NCBI GenBank assembly: GCA_026770705.1
Contig: JANJGN010000010.1
Coordinates: 1,364,001 to 1,428,000, forward strand
Reading direction: 5' to 3'
DNA length: 64,000 nt
Source of the DNA: Isurus oxyrinchus
Lineage: Eukaryota
This document shows positions 11,480 to 23,714 of the stretch, piece by piece. The translations under genes were made by a program, and so were the position numbers. Below the pieces are notes generated by a model. The model made no database searches and had not been told where the DNA came from. It worked only from the letters and a program-made list of their open reading frames with translations. Position 1 is the stretch's first letter. Each line of letters starts with the position of its first letter.

Positions 11480-12640
11480 CTCCTCAGGGCAAATGCTGCC
11501 TTGATGTCCAAGGGCAGTCACTCTCACCTCACCTCAGGAGTTCAGCTCTTTTATCCATGTTTGAACCAAGGCTGTAATGAGGTCAGAAGCTGAGTGGCCC
11601 TGGCGGAACCCAAAATGAGCATCAGTGAGCAGGCTAATGCTGAGTAAGGGCCGGTTGATAGCACTGTTGATGACCCCTTCCATCACTTTACTGATGATGG
11701 AGAGTAATTGATGGGGCATAATTGGCTGGGCTGGATCTATCCTGATTTTTGTGTACAGGACATACCTGGGCAATTTTCCACATAGCCGGGTAGATGCCAG
11801 TGTTGTAGCTGTACTGGAACAGCTTGGCTAGGGGCACGGCACGTTCTGGAGCACCGGTTTTCAGTACCATTGCTGGAATATTGTCAGGGCCCATAGCCTT
11901 TGCAGTATCCTTCAGTCATTTCTTGATATCATGTGGAGTGAATCAAATTGGTTGAAGACTGGCATCTATTTTGCTGATGACCTCCAGAGATGGATCATCC
12001 ACTCAGCACTCCTGGCTGAAGATGGTTGCGAATGCTTCAGCCTTACCTTATGCATTAATGTGCTGAGCTCCTCCATCATTGAGGATGGGGATATTTGTGG
12101 AGCCTCTTCCTCCAGTGAGATGCTTAATTGTCCACCACCATTCACGACTGAATGTGGCAGGACTGCGGAGCTTAGATTTGATCTGTTGGTTGTGGGATTG
12201 CTTAGCCCTGTCTATCATTTGCTGCTTATGCTGTTTGGCACGCAAGTAGTCATATTCTTTTATAGCTTCATCAGGTTGACACCTCATTTTTAGGTGTGCT
12301 TGGTGCTGCTCCTGGCACGTCCTCCTGCACTCTTCATTGTACCATGGTTGATTCCCTGACTTGATGGTAATGGTAGAGTAGGGGATATGCCAGGCCATGA
12401 GGTTATAGATTGTGTTTGAGTACAATTCTGCTGCTGCTGATGGCCCACAGCACCTCATGGATGCCCAATCTTGAGTTGCTAGATCTGTTCGAAACCTATC
12501 CCATTTAGCACAGTGGTAGTGGCACACAACATGATGGAGGGCATTCTCAATGCAAAGGCGGGACTTTGTCTTCATAATGACTGTGTGGAGGTCACTCCTA
12601 CTAATACTGTCATGGACAGATGCATCTGCGGCAGTCAGGT
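11480..12640 (-). mobile_element. L2/CR1-group LINE ORF2 fragment (second family)
   Basis: GPDNIPAMVLK..PLAKLFQYSY..WKIAQVCPVHK, HFGFRQGHS. Confidence 0.8.
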
Positions 12641-12644
12641 TGGT

Positions 12645-13260
12645 CCCTCTTGTTAGTTCCCTCAGTTGCTGCAATTGCTGTGGTTGCCTTGCTCTTGTAC
12701 AGGGTCACAAGCATTGCATCCTGCCCATCCTGGGACACTGCCCCCTCCCTCCAGCAAAGACAGAGAAGGTCATGCAGATGGTGCGGCGGCAGTGCCTGTT
12801 TCCCATGTTTGATGAGTTCGGGTTGTATAACATCATCACCTGGAGCTTTGTCCATGACAACCGAGTCAATAGCTTTAGCTGAGCTCCTTCACTGTGATTT
12901 CACTATCCTGCTCTGCTATGACAGGCTGGTTTTCTATGGTGCCTACATGTTCCTCGATGACAGTTTTCTCTCTAGAGAACAACTCAAAGTAATGTTCCAT
13001 GCATCTCTCCAACTCTGAATTTCAGCCAGTGATGTTCTCCTCTGCCTTTGTTTTCAATGAAGTTGTTTTATTTGCTAATGGACTCATTGCCTTTTTTGAT
13101 CAATTCATACACACCCAACTTTCCCCATGTCAAACCTCATCTGGATATTCTGGCCAAGTTGTGAACAGCAGACATTGATGAACCCACTAGCAGCCTGTGG
13201 CTTGGTGCCTGTTGATACCAACCACATAAAAGACCTGTGACCAGAAGCTTTGGGAGTGAC
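12645..13260 (-). mobile_element. RTE-clade LINE fragment
   Basis: KAPGDD.IQPELIKHG..LHDLLCLCWREGAVSQD..DA.LVTLYK. Confidence 0.7.
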
Positions 13261-14222
13261 ATCCAGAGCTCAGAGCCTAGGAAGCTAATCACAGTTACCT
13301 ATGGTGGAGCGATTAAACCCAGAGGCCAGAACTGGAAGAGCACAGAGATCTCGGGGATGGGGTGGGGGGAATGAGGTGGGGAGATGCGTTTGGAGGGCTG
13401 GAGAAGTGTACAGAAATTGGGAGGGGCAAGGCGACGGGAGAATTTGAACACACCAATTCTAAATGTAAAATTGAGGTGTTGCTGGATTGGGAGCCAATGT
13501 CGATCAGAGAGCACAGGGGGTGATGGCTGAATGGGACTTGGGTGTGTCAGTAGAGTCTGTACTGCCTGAGTGACTTTCGATTGTAGGGGGTGCAAAGTTT
13601 TCTTGCAACTATGACTGGCAATGCTAAATGGAGAATAACTACAGCAAAAAAACAGAAATGTGTGAATAACTATTATATATGGAAATTTATTAAAGAATCT
13701 ACTGTTTTTAGTATCTTCAGGATGTATCAAGGACTGAACGGAGTGCAGCATGGATCCAAATTTTGAGAATAGTCACATTAGCTCAATTTCTGCAGCCCAC
13801 AGCTCCTTTCAGCCTGTTACATTGTCATCTTCCATCGTACTCTCTATGGAATGGTGTGTATCAGAATTAGGGTTGATAATTGTTGCACTGAAGTCAAAGA
13901 AAACCCTCAAGATTGTGAATATTATTTTTATTTCTTTACAGAATTAGCACCACAGGAGTCAAGTTTATAATGGTTGTTTTAACAAGCATAGCACCAACAG
14001 TAAATTTCCAATTAGATTCCTTAAAATATGTTTTGTGCCCCAAATATTGGGTTCAGGGCAGTGACACCAAAGAAATATCAGAACTAAAATTACAAAATAG
14101 CAAACGTTCAAGCAACAAACCTCCTATGTTTCTGCACAGCACCATTTAAATATCTATCCCTCTTTACGTAATGCTGTTTATTGCTTTATATATGTGCCCT
14201 ACTCTGGCCTCCTGAACACTGA

Positions 14223-14869
14223 GGGCTGAAGGTTCCCCTCATTGGGGGCAAAGTTGAATGGCGGGTGTGCACAGGTGCAGTTCCGATCGGCGGCCCCGAT
14301 TGGGGCACAGCGCCATTTTACATGGGCGGGCCAATTAAGGCCCACCCAGCTATGCGCATCCTGTGCGAGTGGGGGGGATATCCCAAAATCGAGAGTGCGC
14401 TCTTTCATGCATGCGCACGATAGAGCGACTCATCTCCCTGAGGCTAAGTGCAGCCTCAGGGAGATCAGCTCAAAATGTAAACAAACCTAAAAATAGAAAA
14501 GTAAAATTTCCCAAACATGTCCCCTCATGTCACGTGAGTTGGGACATGTCCATAATTTTCACAAAAACTTTATTAAAATTTTTAAAAACTTACATGAAAC
14601 CTCAGCCCGCCCGTGGATGAGGGTTCATGCTTTTTCTGGTTCGCACCAGGGCTCCTGGCCCTTTAATTACTTAATTGACTCTGTCACTGGCCTCAATTAG
14701 CCATTGACAGGGCAGTGGGCACGGAGCTGATTTCACTGTCCGCCTGCCTTCTTGAAAATTTAAATGGGGCGCGGTGATGTCGGGAGTTCCCCCCCCATGT
14801 CACCGCATGTCATTTTAAGCATCGGTGAGCAGGCCCCGCCCCCACTCGCCGACATGTAAAATCCTGCCC
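14223..14869. mobile_element. Non-autonomous Harbinger-type MITE
   Basis: GGGCTGAAGGTT...AAAATCCTGCCC ends with TGA 3-bp TSD; internally related to 62855-63543. Confidence 0.7.
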
Positions 14870-14899
14870 TGAGAATCTAGTGCAACTTACAGTGAAGTA

Positions 14900-15068
14900 G
14901 AAATAAAAACAGCGAATACTGAGAAAACACAACAGGTCATGAAAATTAATGTTTCAGGTCAATGTCAGAACATTTTTTTCCTACCTTTCTGAACTTTTGT
15001 CCTGATGAAATGTCAGCAACCTCTCTCCAGGGATGCTGCCTGACCTGCTGAATATTTCAGATTTCCAA
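14900..15068. mobile_element. Degenerate palindromic Penelope-terminus derivative
   Basis: ataaaaacagcgaatactgagaaaacacaacaggtc ... gacctgctgaatatttcag, with a ctgatga remnant. Confidence 0.5.
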
Positions 15069-15074
15069 CAGAAT

Positions 15075-15545
15075 ATAGAACCATAGAATGGTTACAGCAG
15101 AGAAGGAGGCCATTCAGCCCATTGTGCCTGTACTGACTCTCTGAAGGAGAAACAGTGTCCTTCTCCCCATAACCCTGCACATTCTTCCTTTTCAAATAAT
15201 AATCCAATTCTCTCTTGAAAGCCTCAATGGAATCTGCCTCCACCACACTCTCGGGCTTTCCAGATCCTAACAACTCACTACGTGACAAAGTTTCTTTTCA
15301 TGTCTCCATTTCTTCTTTAGCCAATTACCATAAATCTCTGTCTTATGGTTCTCGATCCTTCCACCAATGGAAATGGTTTCTCCCTATCTACACTGTCCAA
15401 ACTCCTCATGATTTTGAACACCTCTATCAAATCTCCTCTCAGCCTTGTCTTCCCCACGGAAAACAATCCCAACTTCTCCAACCTATCCACATAACTGAAG
15501 TTCCTCACCCCTGGAACTATTTTTGTGAATCTTTTCTGCACTCTT
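15075..15545 (-). mobile_element. CR1 LINE 3' fragment
   Basis: QKRFTKIVPG..RLEKLGLFS..RLRGDLIEVFKI. Confidence 0.8.
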
Positions 15546-15584
15546 TCTACTATATACTTTGTTAAATAAGAAAATAGACAGTAT

Positions 15585-15590
15585 TTTATT
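15585..15590 (-). terminator. Candidate RAG2 polyadenylation signal AATAAA
   Basis: TTTATT on plus, about 330 nt past the RAG2 stop, at the end of the unique AT-rich 3'UTR just before a CR1 fragment. Confidence 0.55.
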
Positions 15591-15920
15591 TAACAAGAAA
15601 GAATTCACAGCTTGGTGCATGTAGGCTATACAATGTTAACATTGAGATGACTTTTGGCTCAATGTTTGTTGTGTACCGCATACATATTATTCATAGATTA
15701 TACATAGTCCATACAATTATTCAATTATATAAAGTCCACACAATTATTCAATTATACATAGCTTACGCAACTATGCTGGGTATTTTTGTACAGTAATAAG
15801 TTTAAAATAAGCTAGATATCAGAACGCACAAATATTGCCATGACCCCAAATGTTGAATTCTAAGTTGTTGCAAATTGTCAATCATTTTCAAGTCTCATTT
15901 ATACTAAAAATCTCACAGTT

Positions 15921-17474
15921 TCAATCAAACAGTCTCTTCAGAAAGCTTTTCTTCATTGGCGTCTTTTTCAGTGTTGCTGGCGATTTCTTACGTGGGGATT
16001 TTATTGGTGTTCGCTTTATCTGCTTTTTCTTTTGTGGAGTTCGAATTCCTCTATGATGCTCGTTGCAAAAATACTTTGTGTTTTCCTGAGAAAACTGAAT
16101 CAGCTGTGATTCTGAGAGATCCATACACTGGGCGTGCACCCAGTGTCCATCATCCCCTTCACTGGAGCACAAAATCATTGCAGGTTTATTGAGTTCTGTC
16201 GAGTAATAAGGCACCCAGATGTTAACGTTCATTTTACAGGTGGAGCTGCATTTAATCCAGTAACCTTCCTCATCAGCATTATCCAAGTTCTCTGCATCAT
16301 CAGAGCAATCAGCTTCCACTTCAAAGTTAAATTCTTCTGAATCTTCAAACGTGCTGCATTCTTCTGGATCAGTAAAAGATTCCTGGCTGGCAGAGGCTTG
16401 GCTTTCTTCCTCTAACTGTCCAAAATTTGCTATATAAAAGAAGTGTGCCTCAGCTGTATCTTGCTTGCTTTCTCCTGGGATGCCGATTAACACAGTGCTG
16501 CTTCCCATATTGCTCCCAAACCAGGTTTTGCTTGCTTTAATATCATTTGACCATTCTGGAGGCTCCTTTTCCAGGATCTGAATGTTATCATTCTCCAAAA
16601 TGATGGTATTACAAATCATTCGTTTCTCGTTCTCAGATTCATAACCACCAACAATTACAAATTCATCTTTGCTCACTTGGGTCACTATTGCACTTGATAC
16701 GGAGATGCCACCATTGAGTATTGTACACTGTACACTTGGATAGGTCCTGAACAGATCAACTTTTAGACTAAGCAACCTTGCAGGGCGATGATTATTTTCA
16801 ATGGAATGGCCACCCAATATGTAGACAGTGTCAATTTTTGCAATGGAGACATGGAATGAAAACCCATCTTCTATTTCTGGAAGTGTATGGGATGTGCAGT
16901 TACCATTGTTTATATCAATCAGAAAAACCTGTGGTAAACAATCGACTACACTGTTCCAGTTTTCTGTGGTTCTTTGCCCTGGAGGCCGGTAACATCTACC
17001 CCCAAACAAGACACACATGGCTTGTCCCTTGTTCTGAATCACATTGATGCTGTGACCATATCTTCCTTGAGGGACATCCCCTTTAAGATTTTTCTCAATG
17101 CAGCGGAGCGATGTTCTCTTGTTACCATTGCTGCTGTAAACCATCATCAAATAAAGTAAGTTAGGTAATTCATTATTTGGATCTCTTCCACCGTGAATGA
17201 GATACAAAAGGCTGTTTGATTCGGAGGGATCGGAGTAATGAGTTATTGCAGGACAGCGCAGAGGAGGGAGGTAGCATGAGTCAGGCGAAAATGAAACAGC
17301 TTTCAGTTTGAGAATGTGACCTTTGAGATGAAGAAGAAAAACTCCCGTGCTGCAGGATCTTTTTGGCCACCCTTTCTGACCAAAGAAAAAGACCTCCCCA
17401 TGGAAATTGAACAACGAGAATCCCGGATAGATAAGCGTAGAATTGCTGCAATCTGAAACCATTTGCAGTGACAT
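15921..17474 (-). CDS. RAG2: V(D)J recombination-activating protein 2 (517 aa, single coding exon)
   Basis: Intact ORF with RAG2 hallmarks: MSLQMV start, FFFGQKGWPKRSC, SCYLPPLRCPA, RYGHSI, QRTTENWNSVVDC, acidic hinge (FEDSEEF), non-canonical PHD finger (GYWIKC..C...STELNKPAMI.C...GHWVHAQC...YFCNEH), C-terminal TPQK and KKSFLKRLFD. Confidence 0.99.
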   Translation of the reverse strand: MSLQMVSDCSNSTLIYPGFSLFNFHGEVFFFGQKGWPKRSCSTGVFLLHLKGHILKLKAVSFSPDSCYLPPLRCPAITHYSDPSESNSLLYLIHGGRDPNNELPNLLYLMMVYSSNGNKRTSLRCIEKNLKGDVPQGRYGHSINVIQNKGQAMCVLFGGRCYRPPGQRTTENWNSVVDCLPQVFLIDINNGNCTSHTLPEIEDGFSFHVSIAKIDTVYILGGHSIENNHRPARLLSLKVDLFRTYPSVQCTILNGGISVSSAIVTQVSKDEFVIVGGYESENEKRMICNTIILENDNIQILEKEPPEWSNDIKASKTWFGSNMGSSTVLIGIPGESKQDTAEAHFFYIANFGQLEEESQASASQESFTDPEECSTFEDSEEFNFEVEADCSDDAENLDNADEEGYWIKCSSTCKMNVNIWVPYYSTELNKPAMILCSSEGDDGHWVHAQCMDLSESQLIQFSQENTKYFCNEHHRGIRTPQKKKQIKRTPIKSPRKKSPATLKKTPMKKSFLKRLFD

Positions 17475-17520
17475 TTCTGCAGTGGAAAGCTGATATACCT
17501 TCGAAAGGAAAAGAAATATG
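17475..17520 (-). other. RAG2: RAG2 coding-exon 5'UTR and splice acceptor (AG at 17500-17499; exon starts 17498)
   Basis: Minus strand reads catatttcttttcctttcgaAG|gtatatcagctttccactgcagaaATG: polypyrimidine tract plus AG 24 nt before the ATG. Vertebrate RAG2 has a non-coding upstream exon. An alternative CAG lies 2 nt before the ATG. Confidence 0.7.
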
Positions 17521-17928
17521 AAATAATATTAGAACTGAAAGATTTATCAGGAAATTGATTATTATGGATTGTGATGATGCGGAACTAACTGCTCTGCAAC
17601 GACTTTCCTAGGTGCAAAGATGTTGTTTTCCCTATAATTTGTCTGATAAATCAACAATTTAAAATGACCTTCACTTTATATTTCAAAATTCAATTACTTT
17701 AGGATATGAAATTCTTTTATTAAATGATGAAAATATTGTACATTGATTATTTTGTTTTTAAAAATCCATTATTCGTAATGCACAAGCTGTAATTGCTTTC
17801 ACCCTGGTTACTGCCTTTTAGTTTCAATAAATCTTCATTCAGCTCACTTTGATTCTTTTCAGTTCCAGCTCAGGAAATGCTTTGTATTTAAACTATTGTT
17901 CTCCCTTTGGAATGTCGGTTGCAGCGAC

Positions 17929-18097
17929 GGTGGGGGTTGGGTGGGGGTTGGGTGGGGGCGGGGGGGGTGGGGGTTGGGTGGGGGTTGGGTGGGGGTTGGG
18001 TGGGGGTTGGGTGGGAGTTGGGTGGGGGCGGGGGGTGGGGGTTGGGTGGGGGCGGGGGGGTGGGGGTTGGGTCGGGGGGGGGGGGCAGTGTTGGGGG
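17929..18097. repeat. (GGGTGGGGGTT)n G-rich minisatellite in the RAG2 intron
   Basis: 11-bp units, many G-runs. Confidence 0.95.
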
Positions 18098-18439
18098 CAG
18101 TAGTTCTAAAAGTTACAATGGAATCCTCCAGTAGCAGAGCCATGTCATTGGAGACTCTAAATGGATTGCTCGTACATCAGCTGGAGATGAAATTGGTTTG
18201 CAGTGGCAGGGAAATAGGTCCAGGGAATAATCCCCATGATGGAAGTGGTTGGGAGGCTGCAAATTGCTGCTGGTCATCGCCATGGCTTTACCCACCAAGT
18301 ACTTAATGCTGGGGGATTCCACTGTGTACACCCTGAGACCTAAAGCAACCTCTGACCAGAACGCTCTGTTTTCATTCCCTTACCTAATGTTGTACCCATG
18401 CTGCTTCTGTCTATTCCCATAGACTTCAAATTTGCTAAT

Positions 18440-18725
18440 TTGTGTTATTTTATCAAAAGCCATTTGGAAGTCTGTACACAACATCCAATGCACTGTCCTC
18501 ATCTACCCTGATTGTTACCTCATCAAAAAAAACTCAATCCAGTTAATTAAACAGGATTTCCCCTGAACAAACCCCTGCTGGTTCCCCTTTATTGGTCCAT
18601 ACTTGTCCAACTGGCTGTGAATTTTCCCATGGATTTTGTTTCTAAATGCTTTCCCATTGCCCATGGTAACCTGAGGGCCCTCCTTCTCCCCTTTTTGAAA
18701 GAAGCACGTAACATTAGTAATCCAC
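18440..18725 (-). mobile_element. CR1 RT fragment
   Basis: NVTCFFQKG, NQQGFVQGKSCLINWIEFF. Confidence 0.65.
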
Positions 18726-19581
18726 CAGCCCTGCGGCACCAGCTCTGTATTTACCTGGCCAGTATCTACCATTTCTGCCCTTGGAAACTAGAACGCACCC
18801 CACCTACCAGGTGGCTTATCTGCTCTGAGTTCCTCTTTTATCTCATCCATTATCCCAGCAGCCTCTTGGTTTACCTTAGCCTTGGGAAAGTCTTTTTCCT
18901 GGGCAAACATCTCAAGAACAAATAAAAAAAAGTAGGAATATGTCCTCCATACAGACGAGGCATAAATCCCTCACCTTAGCACCACACCACCCCCACCTCT
19001 CCAAGCAACTATAATAGAATTTTTATTTCAAATAAGATGTGTCAGTAACTCCTGATCATTTACAGAAGGTCAACAACTGCAATTATGCTGTACTTTTATG
19101 CAGTTAAAGGGCACTTAAATGGTTTTAGTACAAGTAACCTGAGAGATTAATTCAAGTTTAATGTGCAAATTCAGCAAATGTAATGGCAGGGTTGAAGGTG
19201 AATTGTCATTCAGACAAATAAAATGGTGTAAATGAAGTCATGGTGGTTTGCAACTTACGCAGTGTCTTTTGCCTGAACTTGTTGGTCAGCTTTAACTTAT
19301 TGAATTGGATTGAATTTACAGCAGAGAATCAGGCCATTCAGTCCAACTAGTCTATGTCAGTGTTTATGAGACATGTGAGACCCCCCCCACTTTACTTCAA
19401 CTAATCCTTTCAGCACATGTCCTTCTATTCTGTTTTCCTGAGTACTTAGTGAGCATTCCTCTCAATAAGTATATGCTTTTCACCTTGACAACTCCTTATG
19501 GCAGCAATGAATGTCCACGCTCTTTGGGTTAAAAAGGTTTCTCCAGAGCCACGCAATGAGGCAGCTGATATGACCACAGCT

Positions 19582-20457
19582 GATGTTAATTGCTGCACAA
19601 ACCAAATCCCAGGGGGAAACTTGGCTTGTAGGCCCCAAACTTTTATTCTATATTCTGAAAATGAGAAGAAGATGCGCTGATCTGAGCAATAACAGGTCTA
19701 GTAACTCATTTGGGATTTAAAAAATTAAAAGTAAAAGTTTTACTAAACAAGAATAAAAAAACTTAAGCACACAAGATTAGAGTTACACAATTAAGGTTAG
19801 TCTTACAAAACAATCCCCAAAAAACTTTCTACTTAGCCAGACCCACCATCCAGGCAACACTCCCTTATAGATATTAACCATAAAGAAATCCAGTAATATT
19901 ACACAAGGCAAACTGCTGTAGCTTCAGTAAAGGCATAACACATGACCACTACCCTCATCCACTCTGCAGTGGAATACACTTCAGAATAAAACTGCTTGTT
20001 GTAGCCCAATGCTTTTCTGACTTGATTCTATGGCTGATTCAAACTGCATCTCCTCCCAGCCCAGAGCTAACAACTCCCAACTCAGCTCTAGCTATCTCCA
20101 TCTAAGGTCTCCACAGTAACTCTAAAATACCTTTTATTTCCCCCATTTCATCTCCAGTTCCATTGTTCTCACACCTCTTTGAAACTCAAATCCTTCCAAA
20201 TATAAAATCTTTTATGTCTCAGTCTTTGCTTTTGGATCCCCACTACTATTTATCTATGGAACTCCTGCAAGATGCAAACATTTCTTGATACCTCTGACTC
20301 CCCTTTGATATTCAAACAAACTCTAAATTTGTCTAAAAATGCAAATGTTAGACCTGTCCTATTCACTTGTACCTCAACCTAACACTTCCATCCTTTTCAT
20401 GTTTTAAACCCCCCAGGTAACCTGGCTCATATTAATCTCTTGCCCAGTTGAATTAAA

Positions 20458-20494
<37 letters not shown>

Positions 20495-21390
20495 GTCTTC
20501 TTTGCAGAATAACATAATATTCCCCAAAAATATAAAAATAACATCCATTCTCAAATTTCCCTCCTTAGCAAAAAATGAACAATCATAATTCCAAAAAGAG
20601 GGTTTCATTTTTGAACCCATTTCTTATCTCTTGCTACATTTAACTATACAGACAGAACTATTAAACTACAGTGTACATGCATTAGCCATGAAAATATATT
20701 CAAGTCTTTTTAAAAATAGAGTTCATTCCAGTCCATTCTCCGTTTGCCAATATCCAAGTTCTTTTGAATTTTAAATTCTTGACAATGTTTCTGCAATCAA
20801 ATCTTTTCATCCAGCCACATGTATAATTTGTAAATTGAATGGTTGCACTCCACTGAAACAGCCTATTGTTTCTGTTCCAAAACTTTTCCAGAAACTTCAA
20901 AGGATTATGGTCAGTATATATAACTGTGACTGAATAATTGTTTGCAACATACACTTCAAAATGCTGCAAAGCTAACACCAAACTTAAAGTCTCTTTCCCT
21001 ATAGTTGAAAATTTCTTCTGATATACATTCAATTGCTGTGAGAAATACCCTAACGGCTTCTCAATGCCCAGTTCATCTTCTTGTAGCAACACAGCAGCAA
21101 CACCCACAACACTGGCATCAATACTAATATCACTGGTATCAATAGCCAACTTAAACTGCTTTGTATAATCAGTGCTGATAGAACAGGTGAAATTGTTAAT
21201 ACAGCATTCAAGCTGTCAAATGCGTTCTGATACTCCTGTGTACATTGGAATTTTCTGTTCCTTTTTAGCAATCCAGTCAGCAGAGTAGCAACATTGCTAA
21301 AGTTTGTCACGAATTTCCAATAAAATCCACTCATGCCTACAGAGATCAAAACTTTCTGTTTTGTTTCAGGAACTGGGAATTCCACATCAC
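19582..21390 (-). mobile_element. Ty3/Gypsy remnant: RT-connection/RNase H plus LTR-like segment
   Basis: AIDTSD..GVAAVLLQ..EKPLGYFS..L...Q..FSTIGKETLSLVLALQHFEVY..YTDHNPL; GMSGFYWKFV.NFS. Purine tract (minus) at ~20560. Confidence 0.75.
20458..20494. repeat. (CT)n(CA)n microsatellite
   Basis: tctctctct...cacacacaca. Confidence 0.9.
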
Positions 21391-21394
21391 TCTG

Positions 21395-23450
21395 TACAAC
21401 TGAACATAACCTACTTACTCTTGCATTCAATTATCCTTGCAATAAATGATAATGTTCTATTAGCTTTCCTAATGACTTGCTGTACTTTTGTGATTCATGC
21501 ACTAGGACACCCAGATCCCTCTGCATCTCAGTGCTCTGCAATCTCTCACCATTTAGAATAATATGCTACTTTTTTATTCTTCCTGCTGAAATGGACAATT
21601 TCACATTTTCCCACAATAGACTCCATTTGCCAGATCTTTACCTACTCACTTAACCTATCTCCAACATTTTGTAGCCTCCTTATGTTCTCTTCACAATTTA
21701 CTTTCCTTCCTATCTTTCTGTCATCAGCAAATTTAGTAGCCATACCTTTGGTCCCTTCTTCCAAATCATCTATATAAAGTGTAAAAAGTTGAATTTTGCT
21801 AAGTGCCCTGCTATAACGTCTTTAATAATAGCTTCTAACATTTTCCCTATATTAGATATGAAATTAACTGGCCTATAATTTTCTGCTTTCAGGCTCCCTT
21901 TCTTTTTGAATAAAGGAATTACATTTGCTAATTTCCAATCTAATGGAACCTTCCCCAAATTGAGGGAATTTTGGAAAATTCAAACCAATGCTTCAATGAT
22001 CCCACTAGCCACTTCTTTTAAGACCCTAGGGTGAAGTCCAGGACCCAGGGACTTGTCTGCCCGCAGTTCCAACAATTTGCTCAGTACCACTTCCCTGATG
22101 ATTGTAATTTTCTTGAGCGCCTCCCTCCCTTCCAATTCTTGATTTACAGCTCTTTCTGGGATGTTACTTGTATTCCCTATAGTGAAGACCCTTGCAAAAT
22201 GCCTGTTCAATTTATCTGCCATCTCTTTATTTTCCATTATTAATTCCCCGGACTCACTTTCTATTGGACCAACACTCATTTTAACTCTTTTCTTTTTTAA
22301 GTGCCTGCAGAAATTCTTAATCTCTGTCATTATATTTCTAGCTGACTTTCTCTAGTACTCTATATTCTGTCTCCTTACTAATCTAGTAGTAATTCTTTGC
22401 TGTTTTTATATTCTGTCCAATCTTCTGACCTGCCACATGTCTTTGCACAAGTATATGCTTTTTCTTTAAGTTTGTTTCTATCATTAACTTTTTTAGTCAA
22501 CCACAGATGGTGGGTCCTCCCTTGGAATTTTTCTTTCTTGTTGGAATGTATCTATTCTGTGTATTCTCAAATATCCCCCTTAATGTCCACCACTGCATTT
22601 CTATTGGTCTACCTCTTAACCTGAATTTCCAGTTCACCTCTGCTGCCTCTGCTTTCATGCCCTCATAATTGCCCTTATTTAAGTTTAAAATATTAGTCTT
22701 AGACCCACTCTTCTTTCCCTCAAACTGAATGTAAAACTCAGTTATATTAAGATCACTGCTACCTAGGGGTGCCTTCACTATGAGGTTATCAATTAATTCT
22801 ATCTTGTTGCTCAATACCAGGTTTAGTATAGCCTGCTCTCTGGTTGGTACCAGAACATAGTTTCTCAGAAACTATCTCGAAAATATTCTATGTGCTCCTT
22901 ATGTATGCTACCTTTGCTTATCTGATTTTTCCAGTCTATATGTAGATTAAAATCCCCCATGTAATCTCTGTACCTTTCTGAAAAGCTCCCATTATTTCTT
23001 CTTTGATATCCTGTCCTACTATGTGATTATTGTTAGGGGGCCTGTACCCACAAGTGACTTCATACCTTAATCATTCCTCATCTCTGCCCAAACGACTTCT
23101 ACATCCTGGTTTCCTGATTTCCTGAACTTAGATCATCTCTCTCTAATGTGGTAATATCATCTTTAATTAATCCACCTTTTCCTAGCTCCCGGTCCTTCCT
23201 AAATATCACATACCCTTCAATATTCAAGTCCCAATCTGCGTCATCTTGCAGCCACATCTCTGTAACGGTTATTAGATTGTGCTTTCTTATTCCAGTTGCA
23301 CTATCAGTTCATCTGTTTTGTTTCGATTGTTATGTGTATTTAGATACAGGGCCTTCAGTTTTGTCCTTTTATTATTTTTGTAACCTCTAGCCCCATCTGC
23401 TGATTTACTCTTGGATTGTACTCTCTGACCCTTCATGTCATGGTCTGTTT
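21395..23450 (-). mobile_element. CR1 LINE ORF2 fragment
   Basis: LGSSDLN..EF, ADKS.GPGLHPRVLKE, WKLANVIPLFKK..ENYRP. Confidence 0.85.
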
Positions 23451-23714
23451 ATCATCTCCCATATTAATACTTTCTCTCTTGCCTTGTCTCTACACTTTGG
23501 TATACCACATCTTTACAATCCACTGAGATATTTGTGGGATTAATATTTGGAATCATTGGATATAACAATATATTCAACATGTTTATAGGATATCACCTTA
23601 TAATGGAATGGTACAAGAGACATAAGATGACACATCTGGTCCCCACTTGCTCCCTTGGGTTCCAGAACCAATGTTCAGAGAGTTGATTTGTTAGGTGGGC
23701 CCATTTCCGGGGGG

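Noticed and set aside
17849-18306. Gly/Trp- and Pro-rich ORFs
   Set aside because: Translations of the G-rich minisatellite.
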